DNA of 64,000 nucleotides from positions 1-64,000 of the IMG/VR virus record IMGVR_UViG_3300009008_000026; one strand, given 5' to 3'. Each line of letters starts with the position of its first letter. Positions within the stretch are counted from its first letter, which is position 1. This DNA comes from a virus. This document shows positions 19,294 through 29,573 of this stretch, piece by piece. The notes under the pieces are model-generated. The model did no database searches. It was given only the letters and a program-made list of their open reading frames with translations, and was not told the origin of the DNA. A program made the translations under genes and the position numbers.

Positions 19294-20664
19294 ATGCGAG
19301 ACGATAGGGTTGATTTTAGCAGGTACGGAAAGGCATTTCAAGAAGGGCTCGTTCAGCTTATTTTTGAAGATCGGCCCTTTGCGGACCAGATCACAGAAGT
19401 GCTGGATATACAGTTTATAGAATTGGAATATTTACGCCTGTTTACGACCTTAATCGTTGACTATCGCGAGAAATATGAAACTCATCCCTCTGTCGATATC
19501 ATGCTGGTTTTGTTAAGAACAGAAATGGACAACGAAGATGAGGTTGTACAATCGCAAACTCGCGAATACTTTGCAAAAATTCATACCAAAGAATTAACTG
19601 ATATAAAGTACATTAAAGAAACTGCGCTTGATTTCTGTCGTAAACAAAACCTAAAAGAAGCGATGATGGAGTCGGTCGGACTTCTCCAGAAGTGCTCTTT
19701 CGATGAAATCTCTACAGTTATTAATAATGCGCTTAAGCTTGGCTCTGATACTAATTTTGGATACGATTATCTTAAAGACTTCGAAGCGAGATTTGTGCCC
19801 AAATATCGAAACCCCGTTACGACTGGTTGGCCAGAAATTGACTCAATAACGGGCGGTGGACTCGGCAAGAGTGAGCTAGGAGTGGTGATCGCTCCCACTG
19901 GTGCGGGCAAGAGCATGGTGCTCGTTCACTTGGGGACCCAAGCTATTAAGGAGGGGAAAACAGTTGTACACTATACTCTCGAATTACAAGACACTGTGGT
20001 TGCAAGCAGATATGATAGTTGTTTAACGGGGTATCCACTCAGCGATATCATAAACTTTAAAGAGGAGATTTACGAAGCCATCGGAGACATTGACGGCTCT
20101 TTAATTGTTAAGGAATATCCTACTAAATCAGCTACAACTAATACGATCCGCTCTCATTTATCTCGCCTAATAAAGCGCGGCATTAAGCCCGGGCTTGTTA
20201 TTGTAGATTATGCCGATCTTTTGAAGCCAGTTGTTGTAAGAAAAGAGAAAAGAAACGAACTCGAATCTATTTATGAAGACCTAAGAGGTTTGTCAACAGA
20301 GTTTAAATGTCCTATCTGGACAGCTTCACAAACCAATCGTTCAGGACTGAGCGCAGAGGTCATTACGATGGAACAGATTTCGGAAGCATTTAATAAATGT
20401 TTTGTAGCCGATTTTATCTTTTCTATTTCGAGAACAATCGAAGATAAACAAAACAATCAGGGTAAGATGTTCATTGCGAAAAACAGAAACGGACCAGATG
20501 GCATTATCTATCCGATTTTCATGGACACCTCGAATGTAAAAATAAAAATACTTCCACAGACCACAACTGCGGCTGTTGGGAGCATGCCTACACAAGCGCC
20601 ACTTGGGGTAAAGCAACAACAAACATTGTTGCGACAAAAATACACAAAACTAAGAAGGAAATAA
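19294..20664 (+). CDS. Replicative DnaB-like helicase (T4 gp41-like)
   Basis: Walker A 'APTGAGKS', 'YTLEL', 'VDYADLL', 'TASQTNR', 'AKNRNG'. Confidence 0.92.
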   Translation: MRDDRVDFSRYGKAFQEGLVQLIFEDRPFADQITEVLDIQFIELEYLRLFTTLIVDYREKYETHPSVDIMLVLLRTEMDNEDEVVQSQTREYFAKIHTKELTDIKYIKETALDFCRKQNLKEAMMESVGLLQKCSFDEISTVINNALKLGSDTNFGYDYLKDFEARFVPKYRNPVTTGWPEIDSITGGGLGKSELGVVIAPTGAGKSMVLVHLGTQAIKEGKTVVHYTLELQDTVVASRYDSCLTGYPLSDIINFKEEIYEAIGDIDGSLIVKEYPTKSATTNTIRSHLSRLIKRGIKPGLVIVDYADLLKPVVVRKEKRNELESIYEDLRGLSTEFKCPIWTASQTNRSGLSAEVITMEQISEAFNKCFVADFIFSISRTIEDKQNNQGKMFIAKNRNGPDGIIYPIFMDTSNVKIKILPQTTTAAVGSMPTQAPLGVKQQQTLLRQKYTKLRRK

Positions 20665-20668
20665 GAGA

Positions 20669-22633
20669 ATGAGAACACTAGCCAATACACGTAAATTCAG
20701 ATTATCCGATTCGTTTGTCGACCCCTACAAAGATAAAAATGTGCCTTGGGGCCCTGTTGGGTACGTTACCTACAAGCGCACTTACTCCCGCCGACTTAGT
20801 GAATTCGATCCAGATGCTACAGGCTCAGAAGAGTGGTACCAGACATGCCGGAGAGTTGTGGAGGGTATGTTTAACACTCAGAAAGAGCACGTTGTGCGTT
20901 TGGGGCTGGAATGGAACGACTCAAAGGCACAGCGCACAGCAAAAGACGCCTACGACAGACTATTTCACCTAAAATGGACACCACCTGGACGAGGGCTCTG
21001 GATGATGGGCACCAAGTTCGTCGAAGAGAAGACTGCTGCTGGATTGTTCAATTGTGCTTTTCGCTCTACTCGCGAATTATCAAAGAAGGGTGGTTACCTG
21101 TTTGCATGGATGATGGACGCCCTAATGCTTGGTATTGGTGTGGGCTTCGACACAGAAGGTGCCAACACACTAACGATCCAAGAGCCACAGTACACCGATG
21201 ATGTACACATCATTGCTGACTCACGCGAGGGCTGGGTAGACTCGGTTCACCTCCTCCTTGATGGTTTCTTTTTCGGAAGCAAGGTGCCAAAGTTCGATTA
21301 CTCAGCCATCAGACCTTTCGGTGCACTTATCAAGGGTTTCGGAGGCACATCGAGCGGTTCTGGTCCTCTAGAGGAGCTACATCGCAATCTGATCGAGCTA
21401 TACACTTCGAAAGTCGGAGAAGACATTACATCCGTAGACATTGTTGATACAGAGAACCTTATAGGCAGATGCGTTGTATCTGGAAACGTCCGACGTTCTG
21501 CCGCGCTAGCGATGGGCGCCCACGACGACAAGCAGTATCTCCAGATGAAGAACGATCAAGAAAAACTATACCATCACCGCTGGGGATCAAACAACTCCTT
21601 CAATGCTGTTGTCGGAATGGACTACACTTGGCACGCTAAGCAATCGCAAAAGAACGGCGAGCCCGGATACATCTGGATGAACAACGCCAGAACCAAAGGG
21701 CGGTTTAAAGATGGCACACGCCTAGACGATGTTAACGTTGCTGGTTTCAATCCTTGTGTTGAACAACAGTTGGAGGACGCAGAGTTGTGCTGTCTTTGTG
21801 AGACTTTTCCGGCTAAGCATGACGATCTAGAGGATTACCTAAAAACATTAAAGATTGCATACCTTTACGGTAAAACTATTACCTTGTCAAACACACACTG
21901 GCCAGAGACAAACGCTAAGATGCTCAAGAACAGGCGCATTGGACTCTCACAGTCTGGCGTAGTGCAGGCATTTAATAAGCACGGTCGCCGCACAATGTAC
22001 GAGTGGTGTGATAAGGCTTATGCATACGTTCAAGAGTTGGACGAAGAATACTCTAACTGGCTCTGTATCCCCAAGTCTGTGCGCATGACTTCTATTAAGC
22101 CGTCCGGCACTGTTTCATTACTCAATGGCTCAACTCCCGGGATTCACTTCCCAGAGAGCGAGTATTACATTCGACGTATCAGGTTCTCTAGGGACTCAAA
22201 AGTATTAGAGCGCCTCAAGGAGGCAGGATACAATGTGGAGGAAGACGCCTACACACCAAACACAGATGTAGTGGAGTTCCCTATTCATGAGCCCTATTTC
22301 ACAAAGGGCAAGAAGAGTGTCAGCATGTGGGAACAACTGGAGATTGCTGCACAATACCAGCACTACTGGGCAGACAATTCTGTATCAGTTACAGTCACCT
22401 TCAACGAAGAAGAAGCTGCCCAGATTAAAGATGCTTTAGAGATGTATGAAACACGACTCAAGGCAGTCTCTTTCCTGAAGTATGAGGAGACTGGCTATAA
22501 ACAAGCGCCCTATGAGCCGATCTCTCAAAAGCAATACGAAGAAATGAGTAAAAAGATCACACCGATTCAGCGAATCGATAGTGGTGAAGCACAGGGCACG
22601 AAGTTCTGTGATGGCGAAAGCTGCATAATTTAA
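20669..22633 (+). CDS. nrdJ: Class II (adenosylcobalamin-dependent) ribonucleotide reductase
   Basis: 'TYKRTYSR', 'PPGRGLW', 'NCAF', 'GNVRRSA', 'NPCVEQ', 'IKPSGTVS', C-terminal 'FCDGESC'. Confidence 0.92.
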   Translation: MRTLANTRKFRLSDSFVDPYKDKNVPWGPVGYVTYKRTYSRRLSEFDPDATGSEEWYQTCRRVVEGMFNTQKEHVVRLGLEWNDSKAQRTAKDAYDRLFHLKWTPPGRGLWMMGTKFVEEKTAAGLFNCAFRSTRELSKKGGYLFAWMMDALMLGIGVGFDTEGANTLTIQEPQYTDDVHIIADSREGWVDSVHLLLDGFFFGSKVPKFDYSAIRPFGALIKGFGGTSSGSGPLEELHRNLIELYTSKVGEDITSVDIVDTENLIGRCVVSGNVRRSAALAMGAHDDKQYLQMKNDQEKLYHHRWGSNNSFNAVVGMDYTWHAKQSQKNGEPGYIWMNNARTKGRFKDGTRLDDVNVAGFNPCVEQQLEDAELCCLCETFPAKHDDLEDYLKTLKIAYLYGKTITLSNTHWPETNAKMLKNRRIGLSQSGVVQAFNKHGRRTMYEWCDKAYAYVQELDEEYSNWLCIPKSVRMTSIKPSGTVSLLNGSTPGIHFPESEYYIRRIRFSRDSKVLERLKEAGYNVEEDAYTPNTDVVEFPIHEPYFTKGKKSVSMWEQLEIAAQYQHYWADNSVSVTVTFNEEEAAQIKDALEMYETRLKAVSFLKYEETGYKQAPYEPISQKQYEEMSKKITPIQRIDSGEAQGTKFCDGESCII

Positions 22634-22647
22634 TAAAAGGAGAAATA

Positions 22648-22929
22648 ATGGTCAAACCAGTTAACAGATATGTTCAAATAACCTCAATGAGAACAGAAAC
22701 AGAAGAAACCCCAGCAGGAATCCTCCTGCCAGCGGATTTTAAACCAAAAGAATCTCGCCACAGAACAGCCTCAGTTGTAAGTTGGGCAGATGATGTTAGG
22801 TTCGCAGAAACCCTGGCTGTAGGTGCTGAAATCGTCATTGACAATACAATGGTAGAACAAATCGACACAGCAAAAGGTACAATTAGTGTTATACAGGATA
22901 ATTACGTTATAGCAATTCTCAATGATTGA
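22648..22929 (+). CDS. groES: Co-chaperonin GroES-like protein
   Basis: 'KPVNRYV', mobile loop 'TPAGILLP', C-terminal 'IQDNYVIAIL'; 93 aa. Confidence 0.75.
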   Translation: MVKPVNRYVQITSMRTETEETPAGILLPADFKPKESRHRTASVVSWADDVRFAETLAVGAEIVIDNTMVEQIDTAKGTISVIQDNYVIAILND

Positions 22930-22949
22930 GAGTTTGGAGCAACCATGAT

Positions 22950-23897
22950 ATGCCAATTGATAAAGACTTTTATAATGAAGCTTCAGGGACTAAGCTAGGG
23001 TGGGATCCCTCTTGGTTCGGAGAGAAGTATTATGACGACAAGCTAGTTCGAGCGGTTAAGAAGTGGCAGAGGCAGCAGGGACTATCTGTTGACGGACTCG
23101 TGGGTCCGATGACTTTTCGTAGAATCTGGACCGAGAGGCAAGCGTCAATTTCTGAACACAAGCCAGAAAACGAGAAGTATTCAAATTACATTGTATATGC
23201 CGGCGACTTTATTCCAATTGAGTGGAAAAAGGTTGTATTGTGGTCTGAGGAGTCGGGACATAAAGCCACCCCCGGCACCTATTATGATTATAGTAGCCGC
23301 CCCAAGAGGAGCATTCGCTATTTCGTGAACCATTGGGATGTGTGTTTGAACTCACGCTCATGCCAGAGAGTCTTAGACAATAGAGGAATCTCAGTCCACT
23401 TTCTCATCGACAATGATGGAACAATCTACCAGACTGTTGATATGCAGCACGCATGTTGGCATGCCGGCTCTGAGCGCGCCAACAGAGCCTCGGTGGGAGT
23501 AGAGATCTCGAATGCCTATTATCCAAAATACCAAGATTGGTATGTTGAAAACGGTCACGGAGAAAGGCCGATTGTCTCCGGTGCGCGCTGTCAAGGAGAA
23601 GGGTTACCAGACTTCACAGATTTTTACCCAGTGCAGATAGAGGCGCTTAAAGCGCTTTGGAAAGCAATCCACAATGGATTAGAAATTCCTTACAACGCAC
23701 CACTAACTCAGTTTGGCAATACCTCAACAAAGTACGAACAGGATGTGAAATATGGAACGTTCGAGGGATTCGTTAGTCACTATCACGTTTCTAAGAACAA
23801 GATTGATTGCGCCGGTTTGGATATAAAAACTCTTTTAGAAGAGGTGGAGAATGAAAAAGAACCAGCAACCGCTCCCTCGTGCTGTTGCGATCCGTGA
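22950..23897 (+). CDS. N-acetylmuramoyl-L-alanine amidase with peptidoglycan-binding domain (endolysin)
   Basis: PG-binding 'AVKKWQRQQGLSVDGLVGPMT'; Amidase_2 'VNHW', 'VHFLID', 'WHAG..AN..SVGVEI', 'SH...K.DC'. Confidence 0.85.
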   Translation: MPIDKDFYNEASGTKLGWDPSWFGEKYYDDKLVRAVKKWQRQQGLSVDGLVGPMTFRRIWTERQASISEHKPENEKYSNYIVYAGDFIPIEWKKVVLWSEESGHKATPGTYYDYSSRPKRSIRYFVNHWDVCLNSRSCQRVLDNRGISVHFLIDNDGTIYQTVDMQHACWHAGSERANRASVGVEISNAYYPKYQDWYVENGHGERPIVSGARCQGEGLPDFTDFYPVQIEALKALWKAIHNGLEIPYNAPLTQFGNTSTKYEQDVKYGTFEGFVSHYHVSKNKIDCAGLDIKTLLEEVENEKEPATAPSCCCDP

Positions 23898-24768
23898 ACA
23901 CGAACAGATAGTAGTAGGCTCAAGCCTCGAAGCACTCCTGTACGCTTTTAAGCACCAGTTGCCAGTTTTCTATACTGGATTTGACGTGCCATTTCGGTTT
24001 GATCATCTGTTGCCGTCTTACGATTTGTCTTGTCTTGGATTAACTAACGAATCAACGGCGATAGCGACACACGATGAGTCTTTTGTGGTAGGTGCACCCC
24101 AGTCCCTTCTTTGGGATCGTCTATTGTTCATATTGTCTCTCGCAGGACTATCTCCTCTGAGTAATCTGTGCGAGAATATCAGGTGCGATGGCGACACTAT
24201 CGTCTGTTCAAATGAATATTCTAAAATCGCAGAGATTCGATTTGGTAAGATGCATTATTTTGGTGATGACAATTGTACCGGCATAATAGAGAAAGTTGTT
24301 GCGGAGCGCCATTATATATGTTATGATTGGATAGCGTTCAATCGTGGAGGTAAGCATGAAATCGACTATATCGAAACAGAAGATGAATTTGTCAAGCAAA
24401 TTTGGTTCTACTCATCAGATCGTATCGATGGTAAAACAGCCGTCAAAGATGCGTGCACGGTTTCACACTTATCGGAAACACAACTCAGGGAATTTGACTT
24501 CTCGGAGACGATGGCAAGATTTAAACTGATCAACGAAATGGAAACAAGGGGAATGAAGGGTCTTTTTAACGGATATTGCCCTAAATACGGTCATGCGAAG
24601 TACTATAAATTTAGAACAAGTAATCTTGGCCGCAAGAGAATTGAGAAACCACAGAACACACTCCCATCCTCCCCTAAGATTACGATTGCGCAAGAAGACA
24701 AAGGAACTCTTATTGAGAGCCTTCCAGAAAGTAGTCGAAACTATCAAAGAATAATAAGTTACCTATGA
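23851..24768 (+). CDS. Hypothetical protein with degenerate Rossmann-like N-terminus
   Basis: 'QIVVGSSLEALLYA' resembles a GxGxxG/A dinucleotide-binding start with glycines lost. Confidence 0.5.
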   Translation: MKKNQQPLPRAVAIREHEQIVVGSSLEALLYAFKHQLPVFYTGFDVPFRFDHLLPSYDLSCLGLTNESTAIATHDESFVVGAPQSLLWDRLLFILSLAGLSPLSNLCENIRCDGDTIVCSNEYSKIAEIRFGKMHYFGDDNCTGIIEKVVAERHYICYDWIAFNRGGKHEIDYIETEDEFVKQIWFYSSDRIDGKTAVKDACTVSHLSETQLREFDFSETMARFKLINEMETRGMKGLFNGYCPKYGHAKYYKFRTSNLGRKRIEKPQNTLPSSPKITIAQEDKGTLIESLPESSRNYQRIISYL

Positions 24769-25658
24769 CAGCACGCTCACATTTAGCCGGGATTATCCCC
24801 GTTGCCGGACTGAAGACAGATTACGACATAGCCACACCAGAGTACCTACTACCCGTTGATCCCGGATTCACCGCTATTCAGAAGGCGGTTTATGAGTGCG
24901 CACTAGCAGGTTGCCAGACGATCTGGATTGTTGCCAACGACGACACTGCACCAATAATCCGTACGATTATTGGTGAATGGATCTACGATCCTGTGTACTT
25001 TTCGAACCCACATATAAGATTTTCCAGTGAACACCGGCGAGAGATTCCAATATATTATGCCCCCATTCATCCGAAGGATCGTGATCGCCGCGACAGCTAT
25101 GGCTGGTCCATCCTGCACGGGATTAACAGTGCGTGGAGAACAGCTACTCGCATATCTAAATGGGTTGTGCCCGATAAGTATTACGTCTCTTTCCCCATGA
25201 ATGCTCATAATGTATATAACATCAGGCGCCAGCGTTTGAAGATCTCCGACACGACTAAGAACTGGTTCATGACGCACGAGGGGAAAACCGTAAAGGATAA
25301 TATCCCGCTCCCATTTACTATGTTTGGGCAGGATTATATCCATTGCCGCCGGCATGTCAACAAACAGACAACGAGGCAGTTTCTCAACCCGCCCCCCGGC
25401 GAGATGCCTACCGAGAAGCTCCCTCTCCATGAGAGGTGGTCGGCCCGCCACTTTGATTTCGAAGAGATTTTCGATGCTGTTTGCACCACTGATGCTCACA
25501 TGGAAAAAGCTGATTGGTTCTATGATATTACCAATTGGGAAGGCTATAAGAGTTTCCTTGGATCAGAGAATTTTATAAAAAAACCAATAAATGACTTGAT
25601 TAAACCTCACGGACATGTTAAGTTACCATATAGAGAGGGAGAAATAAATGACGATTAA
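24765..25658 (+). CDS. Sugar-phosphate nucleotidyltransferase-like protein (degenerate)
   Basis: 'GIIPVAG.KTD...PEYLLPV...AIQKAVYECALAGCQTIWIV' aligns to the NTP_transferase N-terminus. Confidence 0.6.
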   Translation: MTARSHLAGIIPVAGLKTDYDIATPEYLLPVDPGFTAIQKAVYECALAGCQTIWIVANDDTAPIIRTIIGEWIYDPVYFSNPHIRFSSEHRREIPIYYAPIHPKDRDRRDSYGWSILHGINSAWRTATRISKWVVPDKYYVSFPMNAHNVYNIRRQRLKISDTTKNWFMTHEGKTVKDNIPLPFTMFGQDYIHCRRHVNKQTTRQFLNPPPGEMPTEKLPLHERWSARHFDFEEIFDAVCTTDAHMEKADWFYDITNWEGYKSFLGSENFIKKPINDLIKPHGHVKLPYREGEINDD

Positions 25659-28600
25659 GTTCGTAGGGCTTCACGCCCATAGTGTAGCAGGTTCAATTTT
25701 TGATGCGATTGGGTACCCAGACGCCCACATGAATTATTGTTTTGAGAACGGTGGAGATGCGCTAGCACTCACGGATCACGGTAATATGAACGGACTAGCC
25801 GCTCAAGTACTGCATGCAAAGAAGATGCAGGCGGAAGGTAAGAACTTCAAGCCTATCTTTGGAGTTGAAGCATATTTCACCACATCGGTTAAGGAATGGA
25901 GAGAGGCTTATGACGAGGCTATGGCTGACAAGAAGAAAGCCCGGGCTACCAAAAAGACAGCCCAATCAGGTGCAACGACAGAGGATGAGGGAAACACAAA
26001 AGCTGCGCAGCCGATCCTTAAGCGCCGGCGCCACTTAATCCTCCTCGCACAGAATCAAACTGGACTGAACAACTTGTTCAAGCTAATCTCGAAGAGCTAC
26101 ACGGAAGAATACTTCTATAGATACCCACGAATGGACTACGGCCTCCTTAGAGAGCACTCGGAGGGCATTATCGCCGCGTCTGCATGCTTGGGAGGGGTGT
26201 ATGCCGGCAACTACTGGGAGAACCGAGAGGAAGGTTCTGAAGCCGTCCTAGAAGCTATGCGCGAAACCACACGTGAAATGGTGTCAATCTTCGGTGATCG
26301 CTGGTACGCAGAGTTACAATGGAATAACATCCCAGAACAGCACGAACTAAACAAATACATAATCCAGATCGCCAAAGAGTTTGATCTTAAGATGATCTCA
26401 ACAGCGGACAGTCACTATCCAGACCCTGACGCATGGAAAGATCGTGAGATGTATAAGCGCTTAGGCTGGCTTGGTCGCGGAACTCCATCATGGGGAGAAG
26501 GATCAGAGTTGCCGTCAGGTGTGGAAGAGATCGGATACGAGCTTTATCCCAAGAATGGCGAGCAAATGTGGGAAAGCTACAAGAGCTATTGCAAATCAAC
26601 AGGATTTGAATATGATGATGACTTGGTGATGGACAGCATTACCGAGACGTACGACATCGCACACAATCGCATTGAGGACTTCTTCCCTGACACAACCGTG
26701 CGCTTGCCCGATTTTGTTGTACCGGCTGATTCTACCGCCACACAGGCGCTAGTAAACTATGCTCTAGAGGGTTTGAGGCAGAGAAATCTACACAAGAACT
26801 CAGAATACATGGAGCGCCTCAAACACGAGCTTAATGTTATTGATGACCGTGGCTTCTCAAAGTACTTCCTAACGATGAAAGCAATCGCCGACGAAGCTAC
26901 TACGCAGATGCTGGCAGGTCCCGGTCGCGGGTCAGCAGCCGGCTCACTAGTGGCTTACTCTCTGGGGATTACACAAGTTGATCCGATTAAACATGGGCTC
27001 CTGTTCTCACGTTTCTTGCGCTCGGATGCTACTGACTATCCTGATATTGATTATGATGTGTCTGATAGTATGGCACTTAAGGAGCGCCTTGTCGAGATGT
27101 GGGGTGAAGATACAGTCGCCCCCATTTCCAACTGGAACACTCTCCAATTGAAATCTCTTATCAAGGACATCTCAAAGCTCCACGGCATTCCTTTCACAGA
27201 GGTCAACAGTGTTACTAGTACGATGATCCGCGAAGCGACACCAGCAGCGAAACAGAGACATGGCATTAAGGCAGGTGTTTACGTGCCGACTTGGGAAGAG
27301 GTAATAGAGTTTTCACCAACCCTACAATCGTTTCTCACAAGGCATCCCGAGGTGCATGCGCGTGTTGAGGGGCTTGTGGGACAAGTCCGGTCATGCTCGC
27401 GACATGCTGGTGGGGTGGTGGTCGCTGAGAACCTCGACCAGTACATGCCGCTAATCAACTCCGGCGGTGTACGACAATCTCCGTGGGCAGAAGGGCAGAA
27501 CGTTCGACACCTTGAGCCGATGGGCTTCATTAAGTTCGATTTGCTTGGGCTCTCTACTCTTAAGATGATGGAGGGTTGCATCGAACACATCTTGCGCCGC
27601 CATCACGGGGTAGCTGAACCAACCTTTGAACAGGTTCGAGAGTATTACAACGAGAAGTTACACCCAGACACTATCAACATGAGCGATAGCGAGGTCTATG
27701 AAAACGTCTTCCACGCTGGGAGATGGGCAGGTATTTTCCAGTTCACAGAGCAGGGTGCACAGGGTTTCTGCAAGAAAGCAAAGCCCGAAAGCATAGTTGA
27801 TATCTCAGCTGTAACCTCGATTTTCCGTCCAGGACCATTGTCCGCCGGCGTTGACACTGACTATGTGGAAGCGAAGACACACCCACAGTATGTGTCGTAT
27901 TTGTCAGAAGACGCTCGCGAGATCACCGAAGAGACTTTCGGGTTCCTCATCTTTCAGGAGCAGATTGCTCTACTGGCTCATAAGCTTGGTGGGCTGACGC
28001 TTGATGAGGGCAACATGCTCCGCAAGGTGTTGACCAAGAAGGGAACTGGTAAGGGTGGTATTAAAACCAAGCTTAGAGTTAAGTTCGTTGACGGCTGCAA
28101 GGCAAACGGTATCGACAGTGATGCTGCAAATAGCCTGTGGGATAAGTTCGAGTTCTTCTCCGGCTATGGCTTCAATAAATCACATGCCGTGTCCTACAGC
28201 ATCATCTCGTTCCAGTGTGCTTGGCTGTGGAACTACTATCCCGCAGAGTGGATGGCAGCGTTCCTCGACAAAGAGCCGGAGAGTAGAAAAGAGAAGGCGA
28301 TCAATATTGCAAAGAAGTATGGATTCGATATCGCACCGTTGGATATCAACAAGTCCGGTACCGTGTGGGAGATTAGCGACGATGGGAAGACCCTCATTCA
28401 ACCCTTGACCTCTATCAAGGGGCTCGGCATGAGCGCCATTGAGCAGATTCTAGACAACCGACCATTCACTAACGCAGAAGATCTGTTATTCCGCGAAGGA
28501 GTATCGTACAGCAAGTTCAACAAGAAAGCTCTCGATGCTCTCTGCAGAGGCGGAGCCCTAGACAACATTATCGATGATAGGTTTACGGGACGCAAGCACT

Positions 28601-29058
28601 TCTGGTCTGCATGTGTGGTCGAGAGGCCAAAGAATTTAAAGAAGCTAGCCGAGAATATGGAAACGTATAAGCCAGAAGGCGACTTCTCTGAAGAAGAGGT
28701 GATCCAGTTCAAGACAGACCTGACTGGTATCTTCCCAATCAACCTTGTGATCAACTTAGAGACGATTGAGAAGCTGAAAGAGAAGTTTGTCCCACCAATC
28801 TCGGAGTTCGATGAGGAGTTGCAGTTGTGCTGGTTCATCCCCCGCAAAGTAACCGAGAGAAAGACGAAGAACGGAAAGCTCTATTGGGTCTTGGAAGTCA
28901 TTGATAGCAATAACGAACTCACCCGGATTAGGTGCTGGGGTGTCAAGCCGCACGACTCGGTACAGGTTAACCGACCCTACATGAGCCGGCTGAACTACGA
29001 TCCAGATTGGGGCTTCTCAACGAGATCTATTCGACATAACTTTAGGTTGTTGGGGTAA
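25648..29058 (+). CDS. dnaE: DNA polymerase III alpha subunit (family C)
   Basis: PHP domain 'HAHS', 'TDHGN'; 'GPGRGSAAGSLV', 'PDIDYD', 'HAGGVV', 'KFDLLGL', 'YGFNKSHAVSY'. Confidence 0.95.
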   Translation: MTIKFVGLHAHSVAGSIFDAIGYPDAHMNYCFENGGDALALTDHGNMNGLAAQVLHAKKMQAEGKNFKPIFGVEAYFTTSVKEWREAYDEAMADKKKARATKKTAQSGATTEDEGNTKAAQPILKRRRHLILLAQNQTGLNNLFKLISKSYTEEYFYRYPRMDYGLLREHSEGIIAASACLGGVYAGNYWENREEGSEAVLEAMRETTREMVSIFGDRWYAELQWNNIPEQHELNKYIIQIAKEFDLKMISTADSHYPDPDAWKDREMYKRLGWLGRGTPSWGEGSELPSGVEEIGYELYPKNGEQMWESYKSYCKSTGFEYDDDLVMDSITETYDIAHNRIEDFFPDTTVRLPDFVVPADSTATQALVNYALEGLRQRNLHKNSEYMERLKHELNVIDDRGFSKYFLTMKAIADEATTQMLAGPGRGSAAGSLVAYSLGITQVDPIKHGLLFSRFLRSDATDYPDIDYDVSDSMALKERLVEMWGEDTVAPISNWNTLQLKSLIKDISKLHGIPFTEVNSVTSTMIREATPAAKQRHGIKAGVYVPTWEEVIEFSPTLQSFLTRHPEVHARVEGLVGQVRSCSRHAGGVVVAENLDQYMPLINSGGVRQSPWAEGQNVRHLEPMGFIKFDLLGLSTLKMMEGCIEHILRRHHGVAEPTFEQVREYYNEKLHPDTINMSDSEVYENVFHAGRWAGIFQFTEQGAQGFCKKAKPESIVDISAVTSIFRPGPLSAGVDTDYVEAKTHPQYVSYLSEDAREITEETFGFLIFQEQIALLAHKLGGLTLDEGNMLRKVLTKKGTGKGGIKTKLRVKFVDGCKANGIDSDAANSLWDKFEFFSGYGFNKSHAVSYSIISFQCAWLWNYYPAEWMAAFLDKEPESRKEKAINIAKKYGFDIAPLDINKSGTVWEISDDGKTLIQPLTSIKGLGMSAIEQILDNRPFTNAEDLLFREGVSYSKFNKKALDALCRGGALDNIIDDRFTGRKHFWSACVVERPKNLKKLAENMETYKPEGDFSEEEVIQFKTDLTGIFPINLVINLETIEKLKEKFVPPISEFDEELQLCWFIPRKVTERKTKNGKLYWVLEVIDSNNELTRIRCWGVKPHDSVQVNRPYMSRLNYDPDWGFSTRSIRHNFRLLG

Positions 29059-29060
29059 AT

Positions 29061-29573
29061 ATGAGAGAGATAAAACTATGGAAGAACAGAAATGAGCTTT
29101 CAGATAAAGTTGCCATTGTTGATGACGAAGATTATAATAGGGTTATGGAAGCTATTAGTTCGCGATCCAAGTGGTATGTTCACTCACCACCACCCAGCAA
29201 AAAATATTATGCCTTTGACGGCAGCCACCGACTTTCAATTCACAGAGTAGTGATGAGTGCCCCGAAAGGCTTCGATGTGGATCACGTCAACGGAGACCCT
29301 TTAGACAACAGAAAAGAGAATCTACGGATTTGTACTCGTTCTCAAAATTGTCAAAATAAGTCAGTAAGAGCCGATAGCAAATCAGGATTTAAGGGGGTCG
29401 ACCAGCGAGCGACCCGATTCCGAGCTTACATAGGGGATCCCAATCGAAAAAACCGCCATATAAACTTAGGCTCCTACTCCACCCCCGAAGAAGCAGCGAG
29501 AGCATACGACAAAAAAGCAACAGAACTCCACGGGGAGTTCGCAACGCTAAACTTCCCAAAGGTTAACACATGA
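29061..29573 (+). mobile_element. Free-standing HNH-AP2 homing endonuclease
   Basis: 'IHRVV...VDHVNGDPLDNRKENLR' plus AP2 'SGFKGV...LGSYSTPEEAARAYD..A..LHGEFA.LNF'. Confidence 0.88.

Noticed and set aside
12299-29058. Inteins or introns in RecA, helicase, NrdJ or DnaE
   Set aside because: Lengths are normal, motifs are contiguous and no intein splice-junction pattern is seen; the HNH gene is free-standing after the dnaE stop
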